Shown one piece after another: positions 1-9,638 of a stretch of 64,000 bases of DNA. The stretch is from Candidatus Eiseniibacteriota bacterium. Lineage in GTDB: Bacteria > Eisenbacteria > RBG-16-71-46. The stretch covers positions 128,001 through 192,000 of the forward strand of contig OY970342.1 in NCBI GenBank assembly GCA_963717505.1, in the 5' to 3' direction. A program made the position numbers and the translations under genes. Every line of letters begins with the position of its first letter. Position 1 is the stretch's first letter. The notes beneath the pieces were generated by a model that saw only the letters and a list, made by a program, of their open reading frames with translations, made no database searches and was not told the origin of the DNA.

Positions 1-40
1 GCTGCGCGCCGCGTGGGCGCGAAGGAGGGCCGAGTCGTGA
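1..40 (+). CDS. 3' end of upstream gene (possibly ECF sigma factor), partial
   Basis: Frame from position 2 reads LRAAWARRRAES-stop; TGA (38-40) overlaps the GTG start of the next gene (GTGA coupling). Sigma identity is inferred only from the anti-sigma-like neighbour. Confidence 0.4.
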   Translation, partial: LRAAWARRRAES

Positions 41-756
41 CCGACCGGCGGTTCGAACCCGACGATCTCGCCGAGCTGGCCGGACTCGCACCCGGCGATC
101 CGCGTCGTCAGGCGCTCGAGTCCGATGCGCGTCTGCGCGCCCGCGTGCGAGCGCTCGAAGACTTCGAGAATCCCGGTGCCATCCCCGAGGGCGCGCGCGT
201 CGCCGACGCCGAAGCTCGTCTGGCGGAAACCCTCGAACGGGAGCTGGGTGTGCCAGTGGCAAGGGCCGAGAGACCGGCATCGGAGCGCGTTCCAGTGTCG
301 GAAATGGAATGGCGTCGTCGTGCGCCGGCCGGGCGGCGTCGGGGATTTCTGGGACCGCTGTGGGTTCCCTCCCTCGCCGCCGCCGCCGTGCTGCTGGTGG
401 TCGCCGGCGCGTGGTTCATGGTTTCGACGAGGCAGCCCCAGTCGCCGATCATGCGCGGAACGACCCCTGGTCCGACGGGAGCACTCGTCGGCTCGACGAC
501 GCCGATTGCGCGCGGCGTGCGCCTGGAGTGGACTGCGCACCCCGAAGCACAGACCTACGTGATCACGATCCTGGCACCCGATCTCACCGAAATCCTTGCG
601 CTGGGTCCGGTGACCGAAACCCACGTCGACCTCGCGTTCGGCGCTCTGAACGAAACCCAGGCGCCCGAGGGACAAGTGCTGTGGCGCGTTCGGGCGATTC
701 GCGGCGATGACGAAGTCGGGCGCTCGGAGACGATGACCCTCGAGCTTCCGCGCTGA
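37..756 (+). CDS. Putative anti-sigma-like single-pass membrane protein
   Basis: GGAGGG RBS then GTG at 37; cytoplasmic N-terminus, one TM helix (LAAAAVLLVVAGAWF), MRG linker, beta-rich C-terminal domain. Confidence 0.6.
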   Translation: MTDRRFEPDDLAELAGLAPGDPRRQALESDARLRARVRALEDFENPGAIPEGARVADAEARLAETLERELGVPVARAERPASERVPVSEMEWRRRAPAGRRRGFLGPLWVPSLAAAAVLLVVAGAWFMVSTRQPQSPIMRGTTPGPTGALVGSTTPIARGVRLEWTAHPEAQTYVITILAPDLTEILALGPVTETHVDLAFGALNETQAPEGQVLWRVRAIRGDDEVGRSETMTLELPR

Positions 757-793
757 GAAGAGTGTTGAGCAGCCCGGCGGTGCCGCTCCTGGG

Positions 794-1639
794 CTAGAGC
801 CGGGCCGAGTTGAAGGTGTCGCCCTGCGACAGGTCGCCGGTTTCGAAGCCGCGCCGGAACCAGCGAATCCGCTGCTCCGACGTTCCATGGGTGAAGGCGT
901 CGGGAACCACCGTCCCCTGCGTGCGCCTCTGCAGGTTGTCGTCCCCGATCGCGCTCGCCGCGTTGAGGGCCTCCTCGACGTCGCCCGATTCGAGGATCGG
1001 CCGCATCTTCTCGGTGTGGTGCGCCCACATCCCGGCGAGGAAGTCAGCCTGAAGCTCGAGGCGCACTGAGAGCTGGTTGTACTCGACCTCGCTCAACCGG
1101 CCGCGCATCTCGGCCATCTGTTGCGTGATGCCGAGCAGGTTCTGCACGTGATGGCCGACTTCGTGCGCGATCACGTACGCCTGCGCGAAGTCTCCCGGTG
1201 CGCCGAGCTGGTCGCGCATGACGCCGAAGAAAGACAGGTCGATGTAGACCTTGGAGTCCGACGGGCAATAGAAGGGCCCGACCGCCGCGCCGGCCATGCC
1301 GCACGCCGATTCCACGCGATCGGAGAACAGCACCAGGCTGGGCTCGACGTACTGGCGGCCCTGTCGCGCGAACTCGGCGTTCCAGACATCCTCGGTTTCG
1401 GCCAGAATGGTCGACGTGAACGCCGCCAGCTCGTCCTGAGCCGGGTCGGGCGCGGTCTGGGACGGCGCCGACGTGTCGAGTTGCTGCATTTGCTGGAGGA
1501 GCGCGCGCGGGTCGGCGCCGAACAGCAGTGCCACCAGCAGGATGATCAGGCCGGCGCCGCCGCCGAGAATCACGCCGCCGGCCGGGCGCCCCCGGCGGTC
1601 TTCGACGTTTTCGCTCTGACGTCTGCCTTGCCAGCGCAT
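794..1639 (-). CDS. ypfJ: Neutral zinc metallopeptidase (YpfJ/Zn_peptidase family)
   Basis: Family-typical MRWQGRRQSENVEDRRG start, GPFYCP, AHEVGHHVQ (HExxH), ELQAD, FTHGTSEQR. Confidence 0.9.
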   Translation of the reverse strand: MRWQGRRQSENVEDRRGRPAGGVILGGGAGLIILLVALLFGADPRALLQQMQQLDTSAPSQTAPDPAQDELAAFTSTILAETEDVWNAEFARQGRQYVEPSLVLFSDRVESACGMAGAAVGPFYCPSDSKVYIDLSFFGVMRDQLGAPGDFAQAYVIAHEVGHHVQNLLGITQQMAEMRGRLSEVEYNQLSVRLELQADFLAGMWAHHTEKMRPILESGDVEEALNAASAIGDDNLQRRTQGTVVPDAFTHGTSEQRIRWFRRGFETGDLSQGDTFNSARL

Positions 1640-1708
1640 GGACGCTCCATTGAGAACCGGGATTGTCGGAGTCCACGGGGAAAACACCCGACCGCGACTC
1701 GATCGCGC

Positions 1709-2617
1709 CTATTGGCTCATGGCCACCGAGAAGCGCGCCGTCGTGTGCTCGGTCTGCTCGCCATAGAGGTTCTGGTAGAACGGCACCTGCACCAGGCCCT
1801 CGAGCGTCAGGCCGAGGGCGGTTCGCCACCTCAACCCCGGAGCCGCGTAGAGCACGGTCCCGCCGGTGTGCTCCCCGATCGAGCCGTCCTCGAAGTCGTC
1901 CTGCTCCGACGATCGTCCGTTGACCTGCGCGAGAAGCCGCAGGTTCTTCCACGGATTGGACAGGAAGCCGGCGTTGTAGAGCAACGCGTTGCCGTAGTGG
2001 TAGCCGTGGGAGTTCGTTCCGCTCACTCGCCCGATGAAGCTCGCATCCCACACTCCGGAATTCCCACCCAAGGCAAGGTTGAGCCCCGCAGTACCCGACC
2101 ACGCTCCGGTGCCCGGCTGCAGGTGCGCTTCGAGTCGCTCGCCGGCAGCGTTCTCGACGTTGTTTGATCCGGTCGGCGCGGTGACGCTGGCGACCACACC
2201 CAACGTCGCCGCCAGTGCACCAGAACCAGTCCAGAGGCCCGCGAGTGCGTGCAACTCCGCGTCCCCGAGTCCCTGAGAGTCTTCGACGAGGGTCCCCTCG
2301 CCTTCGGGTCGCTCGGTGATCTCCTTGAAGTTGTAAGGCAGTCGGCCGAGGAACGCGACTCGGTTCCACGGACGCCAGATGGCAAGACCCGCCACGCGAT
2401 GCTCGGTCTCGGTTTCGTCACCGGGCTCGTCATCGAGCGCGTTCTCCTTCGACAAGTAGCGCTCCTCGAGTCCGTAGCTGAACTGCATCGGCACGACGCC
2501 ACCCAGCACATCGGCGGGGAACGGCGCTCCGCACATGCACTGGCTGCATGCATTCGCGCCGGGCGCGAAGAACATCGTCAGCGCGAGAACCACGGCTGCC
2601 ATCAGAGTCTTAAGCAT
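1709..2617 (-). CDS. Outer-membrane beta-barrel 'transporter' (MetA-pathway-like) with N-terminal CxxCxC
   Basis: Signal peptide then CSQCMCG; GLGD and APTG...QPGTG motifs; alternating beta-strand pattern. Confidence 0.65.
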   Translation of the reverse strand: MLKTLMAAVVLALTMFFAPGANACSQCMCGAPFPADVLGGVVPMQFSYGLEERYLSKENALDDEPGDETETEHRVAGLAIWRPWNRVAFLGRLPYNFKEITERPEGEGTLVEDSQGLGDAELHALAGLWTGSGALAATLGVVASVTAPTGSNNVENAAGERLEAHLQPGTGAWSGTAGLNLALGGNSGVWDASFIGRVSGTNSHGYHYGNALLYNAGFLSNPWKNLRLLAQVNGRSSEQDDFEDGSIGEHTGGTVLYAAPGLRWRTALGLTLEGLVQVPFYQNLYGEQTEHTTARFSVAMSQ

Positions 2618-2761
2618 GATGCCCTCCGGGGGAGCGGCCGCCTGACATGGATCCACGGGACGGGGAGGGCGGGAGTTTACGCAACAATTGCATTCGCGGC
2701 ATCACGTATTTTTCGCGTCTCCGAGTAGCGCGCCAGCCCGGCCCCGCGGTAGCATTGGGCC

Positions 2762-3130
2762 ATGCGAAAGTCCCTCATCACCTCGACCCTTCTGCTGTTC
2801 CTGTGCCTGCCCGCCGCCGCGCACGCCGGGCGTGTCTTTGGCGATATCAGGCTCGCCGGGAAGCCGTTGCCCGCGGGAGTGCCCGTGACCATCACCCGAG
2901 TGCTGACCGTCGACGGCAAACCGAAACCCGCGCCGGCTGCGTCCGACACCACCAAGACCGACCAGTACGGCTCGTACAAGCTCATGGTGAAGGAAACCGG
3001 CAAGTGCATTCTCTCGGTCGCCTACGAGAAGCAGACCGCGTCGTTCGAGGTCTTCTCGAACAAAGAGGCGACGCGCTACGACCTGATTCTAGAGAAGAAG
3101 GACGGGAAACTGAAGCTGCGCAGGAAGTAG
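2762..3130 (+). CDS. Hypothetical secreted protein (small beta-sandwich-like)
   Basis: Signal peptide (AHA/G), KTDQYGSYKL segment resembling carboxypeptidase-regulatory-like folds; codon usage fits host. Confidence 0.7.
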   Translation: MRKSLITSTLLLFLCLPAAAHAGRVFGDIRLAGKPLPAGVPVTITRVLTVDGKPKPAPAASDTTKTDQYGSYKLMVKETGKCILSVAYEKQTASFEVFSNKEATRYDLILEKKDGKLKLRRK

Positions 3131-3131
3131 C

Positions 3132-4025
3132 ATGGCCGCTCCTGGACAGCGGGATTTCTGGGACAAACTCGCGATCATCCTTCAGCCGCTCGGTGGCTTG
3201 CTGACCGCGCTCGCCATCGCTCTGTTCGGCTACTTCTCCTCGGACTTCCTGAATCGCCGCCAGGCGATCGAGACCAATACCCGGCTCTATTCCGAGTTGA
3301 TGAGCCGGCGCGAGGAGTCCGAGAGCTCACTGCGCAAGGACATGTTCGTCTCGATCATCACGTCGTTCCTGCGCCCGACCGGCGGCGACATCGCGTCCGA
3401 CGTCTTGAACCTCGAACTCCTGGTCTACAATTTTCACGAGTCGCTGAACTTGAAGCCACTGTTCTTGGACCTCAAGCGGCGGATCACAAAGGAGCGGGCA
3501 GCGGCGGGCAGCGTGGCCGCCCGACAGGAGTACGACAGCTACGGCGACCGTCTCGAGCGCGTCGCCCGAGAGACCGCGCGCAAACAGATGATCGTGCTCG
3601 AAGGCGTCGGCAAGAAAGTCGATCGAACCATCGACCTGACGATCGACCCCGAAGGCACAACGCTGGAGCCGGCGTCCCTCGTGCTCGACGGGATCGAGAC
3701 CAACCTCTCGGTCGACATCTTGCGTGTCGATTGGCAGAACCGGGAGTTCGAGGTCAGCCTCACGGTCGAGACGCCGGATCCCGAATTGGGCCGCCAGACC
3801 AAGACCGCGCGGTTCTCGGTCAGCTATTTCGACTTCCCGATGATCGACAACACGCGTCTCGATCGCGGCCAGCGTTGCGCGGTGGTCCTCAACAGCTTCT
3901 CCGAGCAATCGGCGGACCTGACCCTGGTGATGTTCCCGGGCGCCTACGCCAGCCTCAAGGAGAAGCCGTACTACAACGAAGTTCTCGAGAGCGTCCTGAG
4001 CGCGAGCAAGAAGCTCGAACGGTAG
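3132..4025 (+). CDS. Hypothetical membrane-anchored protein
   Basis: Starts 1 nt after previous stop; N-terminal TM helix, coiled-coil, beta-rich C-terminus; no family recognised. Confidence 0.75.
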   Translation: MAAPGQRDFWDKLAIILQPLGGLLTALAIALFGYFSSDFLNRRQAIETNTRLYSELMSRREESESSLRKDMFVSIITSFLRPTGGDIASDVLNLELLVYNFHESLNLKPLFLDLKRRITKERAAAGSVAARQEYDSYGDRLERVARETARKQMIVLEGVGKKVDRTIDLTIDPEGTTLEPASLVLDGIETNLSVDILRVDWQNREFEVSLTVETPDPELGRQTKTARFSVSYFDFPMIDNTRLDRGQRCAVVLNSFSEQSADLTLVMFPGAYASLKEKPYYNEVLESVLSASKKLER

Positions 4026-4083
4026 AGTTACGAACGCCAGAGGCCAAGTGGACTGGCCCCTGGCGCGCTCTTCCCACCCTCGC

Positions 4084-5181
4084 CTATTTGCTTGCCGTCA
4101 ACTGGACCACGCGAGGGTCCGAGGCGATCGAGGCCAAAGCCGGCTCGCTCGCGAGATCGCGGTTCGAGTAACCAGCCGCGAACGCCTTCTCGAGTGTCGT
4201 GATCGCGTCCTCCTTCTTCCCGGCCTTCGCGTATTCGACCGCCGCGGTATACAACGTGTGGCCCGCCCTCGGACTCTTCGAGTCGGCAGCCCCTCGCACC
4301 AGGGCCTCCGCCGCAGGCGCGTGCTTCTCCTGGGCGCGCAGGGAATAGCCGAGGCTCGCCCAGGCGTCGGCGTCCTTGGGATCCTGATCCACCAGCGCGC
4401 GGTAGATCTTCTCGGCCTCGACGTAGTTCTTGCTCTCGTAGTGCATCTCGCCGATCTGCGCCCGCCGACCGCGATCGTCGGTGCTCGGGTTCAGGTAGGA
4501 GTACTCCATCGCCAGCGACGCTTCCGGCACCCAGGCGTACTCCATGTACATCGCCACGCCGTCGGCGACGCTGCGGCCGAGCAGGCGCGCCACCACGTGC
4601 AGCGACCCATCGATGCCGGCCGAGATGCCCGCGGTCGTGACCACGTGGCCGTTGTCGACGAAGCGCCGGCCGCGCTTCACCGACGCCTTCGGATAACTCC
4701 GCTGCAGGCCGTCGATCGCCCCGTGGAACGTGGTGACTTCGAGCCCGTCGAGCATGCCCGCCTTGCCCAGCACGAACGCGCCCGTGCATACCGACTGCGC
4801 GATCTCGGCCTCGAGAGCCACCTTCTTCGCCCACGCGAAGAACTCCGGATCGTCGGTGATCCGGTTGGACGGACCTCCGGGAAAGAGCACGATGTCCGGT
4901 TTCGGGGCGTCCTGAATCGAGTACGAGGGCACGACCCAAAGCCCCTGGGCGTTCACCGGCTCCTTGGTCTTCGACACGATGTAGACGTTGAACGCATTCT
5001 CGCCGTGGGCGGCGCCGAAGTGCGCTGCGTCGTTGTAGACCTCGAACGGCCCGCTCCAGTCGAGCGGCTCCGCGTGGTCGTAGACGACGATCGCGACGTT
5101 ACGCGTGTAGGGCTTCGCCTCGGCGCACGCCGTGGCGAGTGTGAGTGCTCCGGCCAGTGCGCCGGTAACGATGAGTCTCAT
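4084..5181 (-). CDS. DJ-1/PfpI family protein with C-terminal TPR
   Basis: Signal peptide; DWSGPFEV, PGG, SVCTGA nucleophile elbow, TTAGISAGID; TPR helices; AAGGAGGAGG RBS. Confidence 0.85.
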   Translation of the reverse strand: MRLIVTGALAGALTLATACAEAKPYTRNVAIVVYDHAEPLDWSGPFEVYNDAAHFGAAHGENAFNVYIVSKTKEPVNAQGLWVVPSYSIQDAPKPDIVLFPGGPSNRITDDPEFFAWAKKVALEAEIAQSVCTGAFVLGKAGMLDGLEVTTFHGAIDGLQRSYPKASVKRGRRFVDNGHVVTTAGISAGIDGSLHVVARLLGRSVADGVAMYMEYAWVPEASLAMEYSYLNPSTDDRGRRAQIGEMHYESKNYVEAEKIYRALVDQDPKDADAWASLGYSLRAQEKHAPAAEALVRGAADSKSPRAGHTLYTAAVEYAKAGKKEDAITTLEKAFAAGYSNRDLASEPALASIASDPRVVQLTASK

Positions 5182-5292
5182 GACCTCCTCCTTGGATGGG
5201 GTCCTCGCGGCCTGCCTTCGGCCACCCTGGGCCCCCCGGACGGTCGCGGGAACCAGGAAGCGGCGAACGGCTCCGGAGCTGCAGCGAACCGG

Positions 5293-6069
5293 TCAGGACC
5301 CGGGGCGAACCGCCGTCGCGAGCTGGGTCTCGAACGCGGCACGGCGGGTGCGCGACAGACGCACCCGGCTGCCGTCCGCCAGCACCAGCTCGCGATCGCC
5401 GCGGAACAGCGGGTGGATCTCGCGCACGCGATCGAGTCGGATGATCGTCGAGCGGTGCACCCGGAAGAACTGCACCGGGTCGAGGCGCTGCTCGAGCTCG
5501 TTCATGGTTTCGCGCAGCAGGTGCGATTCCCCGCCGACGTGGATCACCGCGTAGTAGTCCGCCGCCTCGATCCAGTCGATGGTGTCCACGTCGATCACGC
5601 GGGTGCGGTCGCGCTCGCGCACCAGAATCCGTCGCGTCCGCCGCGAGTGCTCGCGCAGGAGCGCGGCCAGATTCGGATCGGCCGGTTCGCCGCCGCGGCG
5701 CAGGCGCACCAGCTCCTTGCCACGAGCGAGCGCCCGAGCGAATCGCTCGTCGGCGATCGGCTTCAGCACGTAGTCGACGGCGTGGACTTCGAAGGCTCGC
5801 AGCGCGTGCTCGGAGTATGCGGTGACGAAGATGACGACCGGGGCCCGGTCGATTCCCAGTTCCTCGAGCAGGTCGAAGCCGTCGACCTCGGGCATCTGGA
5901 CGTCGAGGAACATGAGGTCGGGGCGGGTGCGCTCGACCACGGCGGCGCCGTCCACTCCGCTGCACTCGCCGACCACCTCGACCTCGGGATCGCCCTCGAG
6001 CAGCAGGCGGATGGCCTGCCGGGCGAGCGGCTCGTCGTCGACGATCATCACGCGCAGCCGTTCGCTCAT
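5293..6069 (-). CDS. LytTR-family response regulator
   Basis: REC domain (IVDDE, FLDVQMP, FVTAY, LKP) plus LytTR (FFRVHRS). Confidence 0.95.
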   Translation of the reverse strand: MSERLRVMIVDDEPLARQAIRLLLEGDPEVEVVGECSGVDGAAVVERTRPDLMFLDVQMPEVDGFDLLEELGIDRAPVVIFVTAYSEHALRAFEVHAVDYVLKPIADERFARALARGKELVRLRRGGEPADPNLAALLREHSRRTRRILVRERDRTRVIDVDTIDWIEAADYYAVIHVGGESHLLRETMNELEQRLDPVQFFRVHRSTIIRLDRVREIHPLFRGDRELVLADGSRVRLSRTRRAAFETQLATAVRPGS

Positions 6070-7128
6070 GACACCTCACGAAAGGGCAGCGAGACTCGGG
6101 CCAAAACTCCGCCATTGGATTCCGAAAGCTCGAGTCGTCCCCGGTCCCCGTAGAGCTCGGCCAGACGCGCCACCGTGGTCGAGAGCCCGATGCCGTTTCG
6201 GCGGATGGCGTCGAGTCGTCCGGTGTTGAAGATCTCGATCACCAGATTCTCCCCCTCCCGCGCCGAACGAATCGTGATCTTGCCCGGCGCCTCCGCTGCG
6301 CGCGATCCCGTGACGCACGGCGTTCTCGGCCAGCGGTTGGAGCAGCAGCACCGGCATGGCGCCGTGCAGCGTCTCCGGGGCCATCGCCATGTCCACGGTC
6401 ATCCGGTCGGCGAAGCGAATGCGCTGGATCTCGAGGTAGAGCCCGACCGTGCGGGCCTCCTCTTCGAGCGCAACAGTCGCGCCGCCGCGCTCGAGGGCGT
6501 AGCGCAGCAGGTCCGAGAGCCCGGCGATCATCGAGAGCGCCTGCGGATTCTGGCCCGCGCGGACCAAGGCGCCGATCCCGTTCAGCGTGTTGAACAGGAA
6601 GTGCGGCTGGGTCTGAAGCTCGAGCGCCGTCAGGCGCGCCTGCGCCAGCGACGCCTCGAGTTGCGCCGCCCTGCGATCGCGCTCACGCTCGAGCTGCGCC
6701 GCCCGATCGGCGTAATGCGCCAGCACAACCAGACCATAGAGGACCAGTTCGAGCGGCATCTGATAGATCGTGATCGACCTGAAGCGATGCGCGAAGTCGG
6801 TGGGGTTCATCGAATCGTAGGGCACGAGCAGGAACTCGGCCGAAACCCACAGCGTGGTGTGAATGAACGCGAACCCGACGGCCATTGCGAGGTGGAGCAG
6901 GAGCGCTCCGACCCGGGGTGGAGCCAGCGGCACGCGGTGAACGAGCCACACGATCGCGAGCGTGAATGGAATCCATACGCCCCAGACCAGCACCTGACAG
7001 GTGATGACGCGCGCCCACGAGTGGTGGTGCGAGAGCATGCTGATCTGAATTTGAAACGCGGAGATGACCCCGAACAGCATCCAGAAACCGACGATGACCA
7101 GGCGCCGCGCGGTCGCGTGGGAGATCAT
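6066..7128 (-). pseudogene. LytS/YehU-type sensor histidine kinase with +1 frameshift near 6293-6294
   Basis: PHFLFNTLN, LSDLLRYAL, LQPLAENAVRHG. Removing one G continues into EAPGKITIRS...NGIGLSTTVARLAELYG...LPFREVS-stop, whose TGA overlaps the ATG of the response regulator. Confidence 0.85.
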
Positions 7129-7252
7129 CCGCCGATGATGCCGCTCGAGGGCAACCCACCGCCAGGCGTTGCGGTCAACGGTGTCCTGGGTGCAGCGAAT
7201 CGGACCGGAGTCGGCGGGCAACCCCATGGGCGCGGCGACGAGGCCGCGCCGC

Positions 7253-8083
7253 TCATTCGATCTTCACGACACCCGGGCGGATCGTGCGGAAGCGCCGGAA
7301 CACACTCGGATCGTGCCCCGGCACGATGAGTCGCGGCGCGGCTGCCAGGCGTTTCATGCGGTCCTGTGCCGCCAAGTTCGACGTGGCGTCGAGCGTTTGG
7401 GCGATCGGGACGTGACGATCCAGGTTCTCGTAGAGGTAGACGTTGTCCGAAGCGAGGACGACCGTGCCCTTCGCGGTGCGAACCCCGACGTACTGCGAGG
7501 CGTATGTGTGCTTTCCGCCGGTGTACACGGTGATGCCGGGCAGGATTTCCTGGGCATCCCCGTCCGCGAGCTTCACCCGCCCGGCCGCCTCGAGCCTAGC
7601 AAACATCGCCGCGTCCAGGCTGTCGATCGCGTCGTGTAACGGGCTGCCATCGGCGCCCACGTAGTACTCGTACTCCTCTCGCTGCAGCCAGACTCGGGCG
7701 TTGGGAAACAATTCGGCCCCGCCCGCGTGGTCCCAGTGGACATGGGTGACGATCACGTCGGCGATCGAGTCCGGATCGACTCCAGATCGTCGAACCGCCT
7801 CGGAAGGGCGCACGAAGTCGGCGGGCTTCCACGCGTCGAGAAACTTCTGCTGGAAGAACCCCGCATCCACCAACACGCAACGTTCTCCCGGCCGCTTGAG
7901 GAGCCAGAACATCATCGCGATGTCGGCTGTCCGCGTTGTGTCGGCGCCTGCGACCAGGTAGCGGATCGGAAACGCGGGGACCGTGGCGTAGCGGATCGCG
8001 AAGACTTCCCAGTTTGGGCCTCGGGGAGCGGCGACGGCCCCGGACATCACGCCCAGCAGGAGTGCCGCGCAGGACAGCACCAC
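7253..8083 (-). CDS. MBL-fold hydrolase, N-acyl homoserine lactonase-like family
   Basis: LVDAG, THVHWDHAGG (HxHxDH), GKHT, ASD, PGHDP. Confidence 0.85.
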   Translation of the reverse strand: MVLSCAALLLGVMSGAVAAPRGPNWEVFAIRYATVPAFPIRYLVAGADTTRTADIAMMFWLLKRPGERCVLVDAGFFQQKFLDAWKPADFVRPSEAVRRSGVDPDSIADVIVTHVHWDHAGGAELFPNARVWLQREEYEYYVGADGSPLHDAIDSLDAAMFARLEAAGRVKLADGDAQEILPGITVYTGGKHTYASQYVGVRTAKGTVVLASDNVYLYENLDRHVPIAQTLDATSNLAAQDRMKRLAAAPRLIVPGHDPSVFRRFRTIRPGVVKIE

Positions 8084-8086
8084 GCC

Positions 8087-9619
8087 TTACCTCCCCAGCG
8101 CCCCGCGAATGAACTCCGACACGTCGCGTTTGAGCCGCGCCAGCTCGCCTTCGTGGATGTACATCATGTGTCCGGCCTCGTATTCGCGGGTCGTGACCCG
8201 GGCACGCTCGGCGGGCTCGAGGCCCAGGTGCGCGAGCGTGTACTCGGTGGCGAAGTAAGGGGTGGCCAAGTCGTAGTGTCCCGAGGCGACGAACAGTTTC
8301 ATGTCGGGGTTCTTCGAGAACGCCTGGCGCAGGGGGCCGCTCACGTCGGGGAAGCCGCTGCGGCCGGTGCCACCCCAGTCCCATGTGCCGATGCCGCCGC
8401 CGAGGATGTGGTAGACGCGGTCGGACTTGTAGCCCAGCTCGCCGCGCACGTATTGGTTCAGCATCGCGGTGTAAGGCGGGCGGATCGCGGCGAGGCTCGG
8501 ATCGAAGTCGGGAGTCTCGCCGATCGCGCCGTCGTCGATGCCCTTGAAGCGGCTGTCGAGTCGACCGACCGTGCGGCGCTCGCTTCTCAGCAGCTCCTTG
8601 CAGAAGTGCTGGATGTCCACGCGTAGGTCCGACAGGTCCAGATAGCGGCGGTCGAGTCCGGTGTAGCGGGCGAGCCGATCGAGCGCGGCGGCCCGTGCCG
8701 TGGTGTCGAGCGGGTAGCCCAATGCGAGCGTGCGCGCGTAGTCCCCGGTCGCCCACTCTTCGACCTCGCGCAGCACGAGATTCAGGTCGCGGCTCTGGAG
8801 GTCGGCGGGGAGCTTCTTGTGGTACCACGCGGTCGCGGTGTAGGTCGGCAGGTACAAGACGTAGGGCAGCTCGTTCCCGCGAGTGAATCCGGTGGTCTCG
8901 AAGTTGAGAATCGATGAGACCAGCAGGATGCCGTTGAAGGCGATGCCGCGTTCAACCAGGTAGCCCGAGAGCCCGGCGGCGCGCGTCGTGCCGTAGCTCT
9001 CGCCGACCAGGAAGAGCGGCGAGGCCCAGCGCTGGTTGCGAGTGAGGTAGAGGCGGATGAATTCCCCGACCGACTCGATATCGCCCTGCAGGCCCCAGAA
9101 CTTCTTCCCTAGTTCGGGCTTGGTGGCCCGACTGTAGCCGGTCCCGACCGGGTCGATGAACACGAGATCGGTTTCACCGAGCCAGGTGTCGGGATTGTCG
9201 ACCAGCACGTAGGGCGGGGACGGCATGGCGCCATCGGGTTGCATCTTGACGCGCTTGGGCCCGAGGGCACCCAGGTGGAGCCACACCGACGAGGAGCCCG
9301 GCCCGCCGTTGAAGGAGAACATCAGCGGGCGCTTCGCCGGATCCTGCGATCCGTCCAGCGTGTAGGCGATGAAGAAGATGTCGGCCTCGGTCTCTCCCTC
9401 GTCGTTCTTGAACGGCAGCATTCCAGTCGTGACCGTGTAGGCCAGGGTCTTTCCGCCCGCGCTCAGGCGATGACGGGTGACGACCGGGGCGGTGGTGTCC
9501 GCCTTCGCCTTCTCCTTGTCTTCGGTCTTGGGCTTATCTGCCGAATGCCCGGGCGGCGCCGCCAGGGCGACGAGGAGAATCGTGACGAGAGGTGACGGAC
9601 TCCAGTGTGGATTCCACAT
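8087..9619 (-). CDS. Peptidase S10 serine carboxypeptidase
   Basis: FNGGPGSSS, IDPVGTGYS, GESYG catalytic Ser, YDLATP, GHMMY. Confidence 0.92.
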   Translation of the reverse strand: MWNPHWSPSPLVTILLVALAAPPGHSADKPKTEDKEKAKADTTAPVVTRHRLSAGGKTLAYTVTTGMLPFKNDEGETEADIFFIAYTLDGSQDPAKRPLMFSFNGGPGSSSVWLHLGALGPKRVKMQPDGAMPSPPYVLVDNPDTWLGETDLVFIDPVGTGYSRATKPELGKKFWGLQGDIESVGEFIRLYLTRNQRWASPLFLVGESYGTTRAAGLSGYLVERGIAFNGILLVSSILNFETTGFTRGNELPYVLYLPTYTATAWYHKKLPADLQSRDLNLVLREVEEWATGDYARTLALGYPLDTTARAAALDRLARYTGLDRRYLDLSDLRVDIQHFCKELLRSERRTVGRLDSRFKGIDDGAIGETPDFDPSLAAIRPPYTAMLNQYVRGELGYKSDRVYHILGGGIGTWDWGGTGRSGFPDVSGPLRQAFSKNPDMKLFVASGHYDLATPYFATEYTLAHLGLEPAERARVTTREYEAGHMMYIHEGELARLKRDVSEFIRGALGR

Positions 9620-9638
9620 GGGCTGGCTCCTGGAGGAT

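Noticed and set aside
4048-6153. Long antisense or alternate-frame ORFs (e.g. 4048-6153+, 9477-11099+, 17316-18971+, 24739-26421+, 31122-32723-, 43655-45055+)
   Set aside because: Shadow ORFs expected in high-GC DNA; Arg/Ala/Pro-rich, no motifs, and they overlap well-supported genes.
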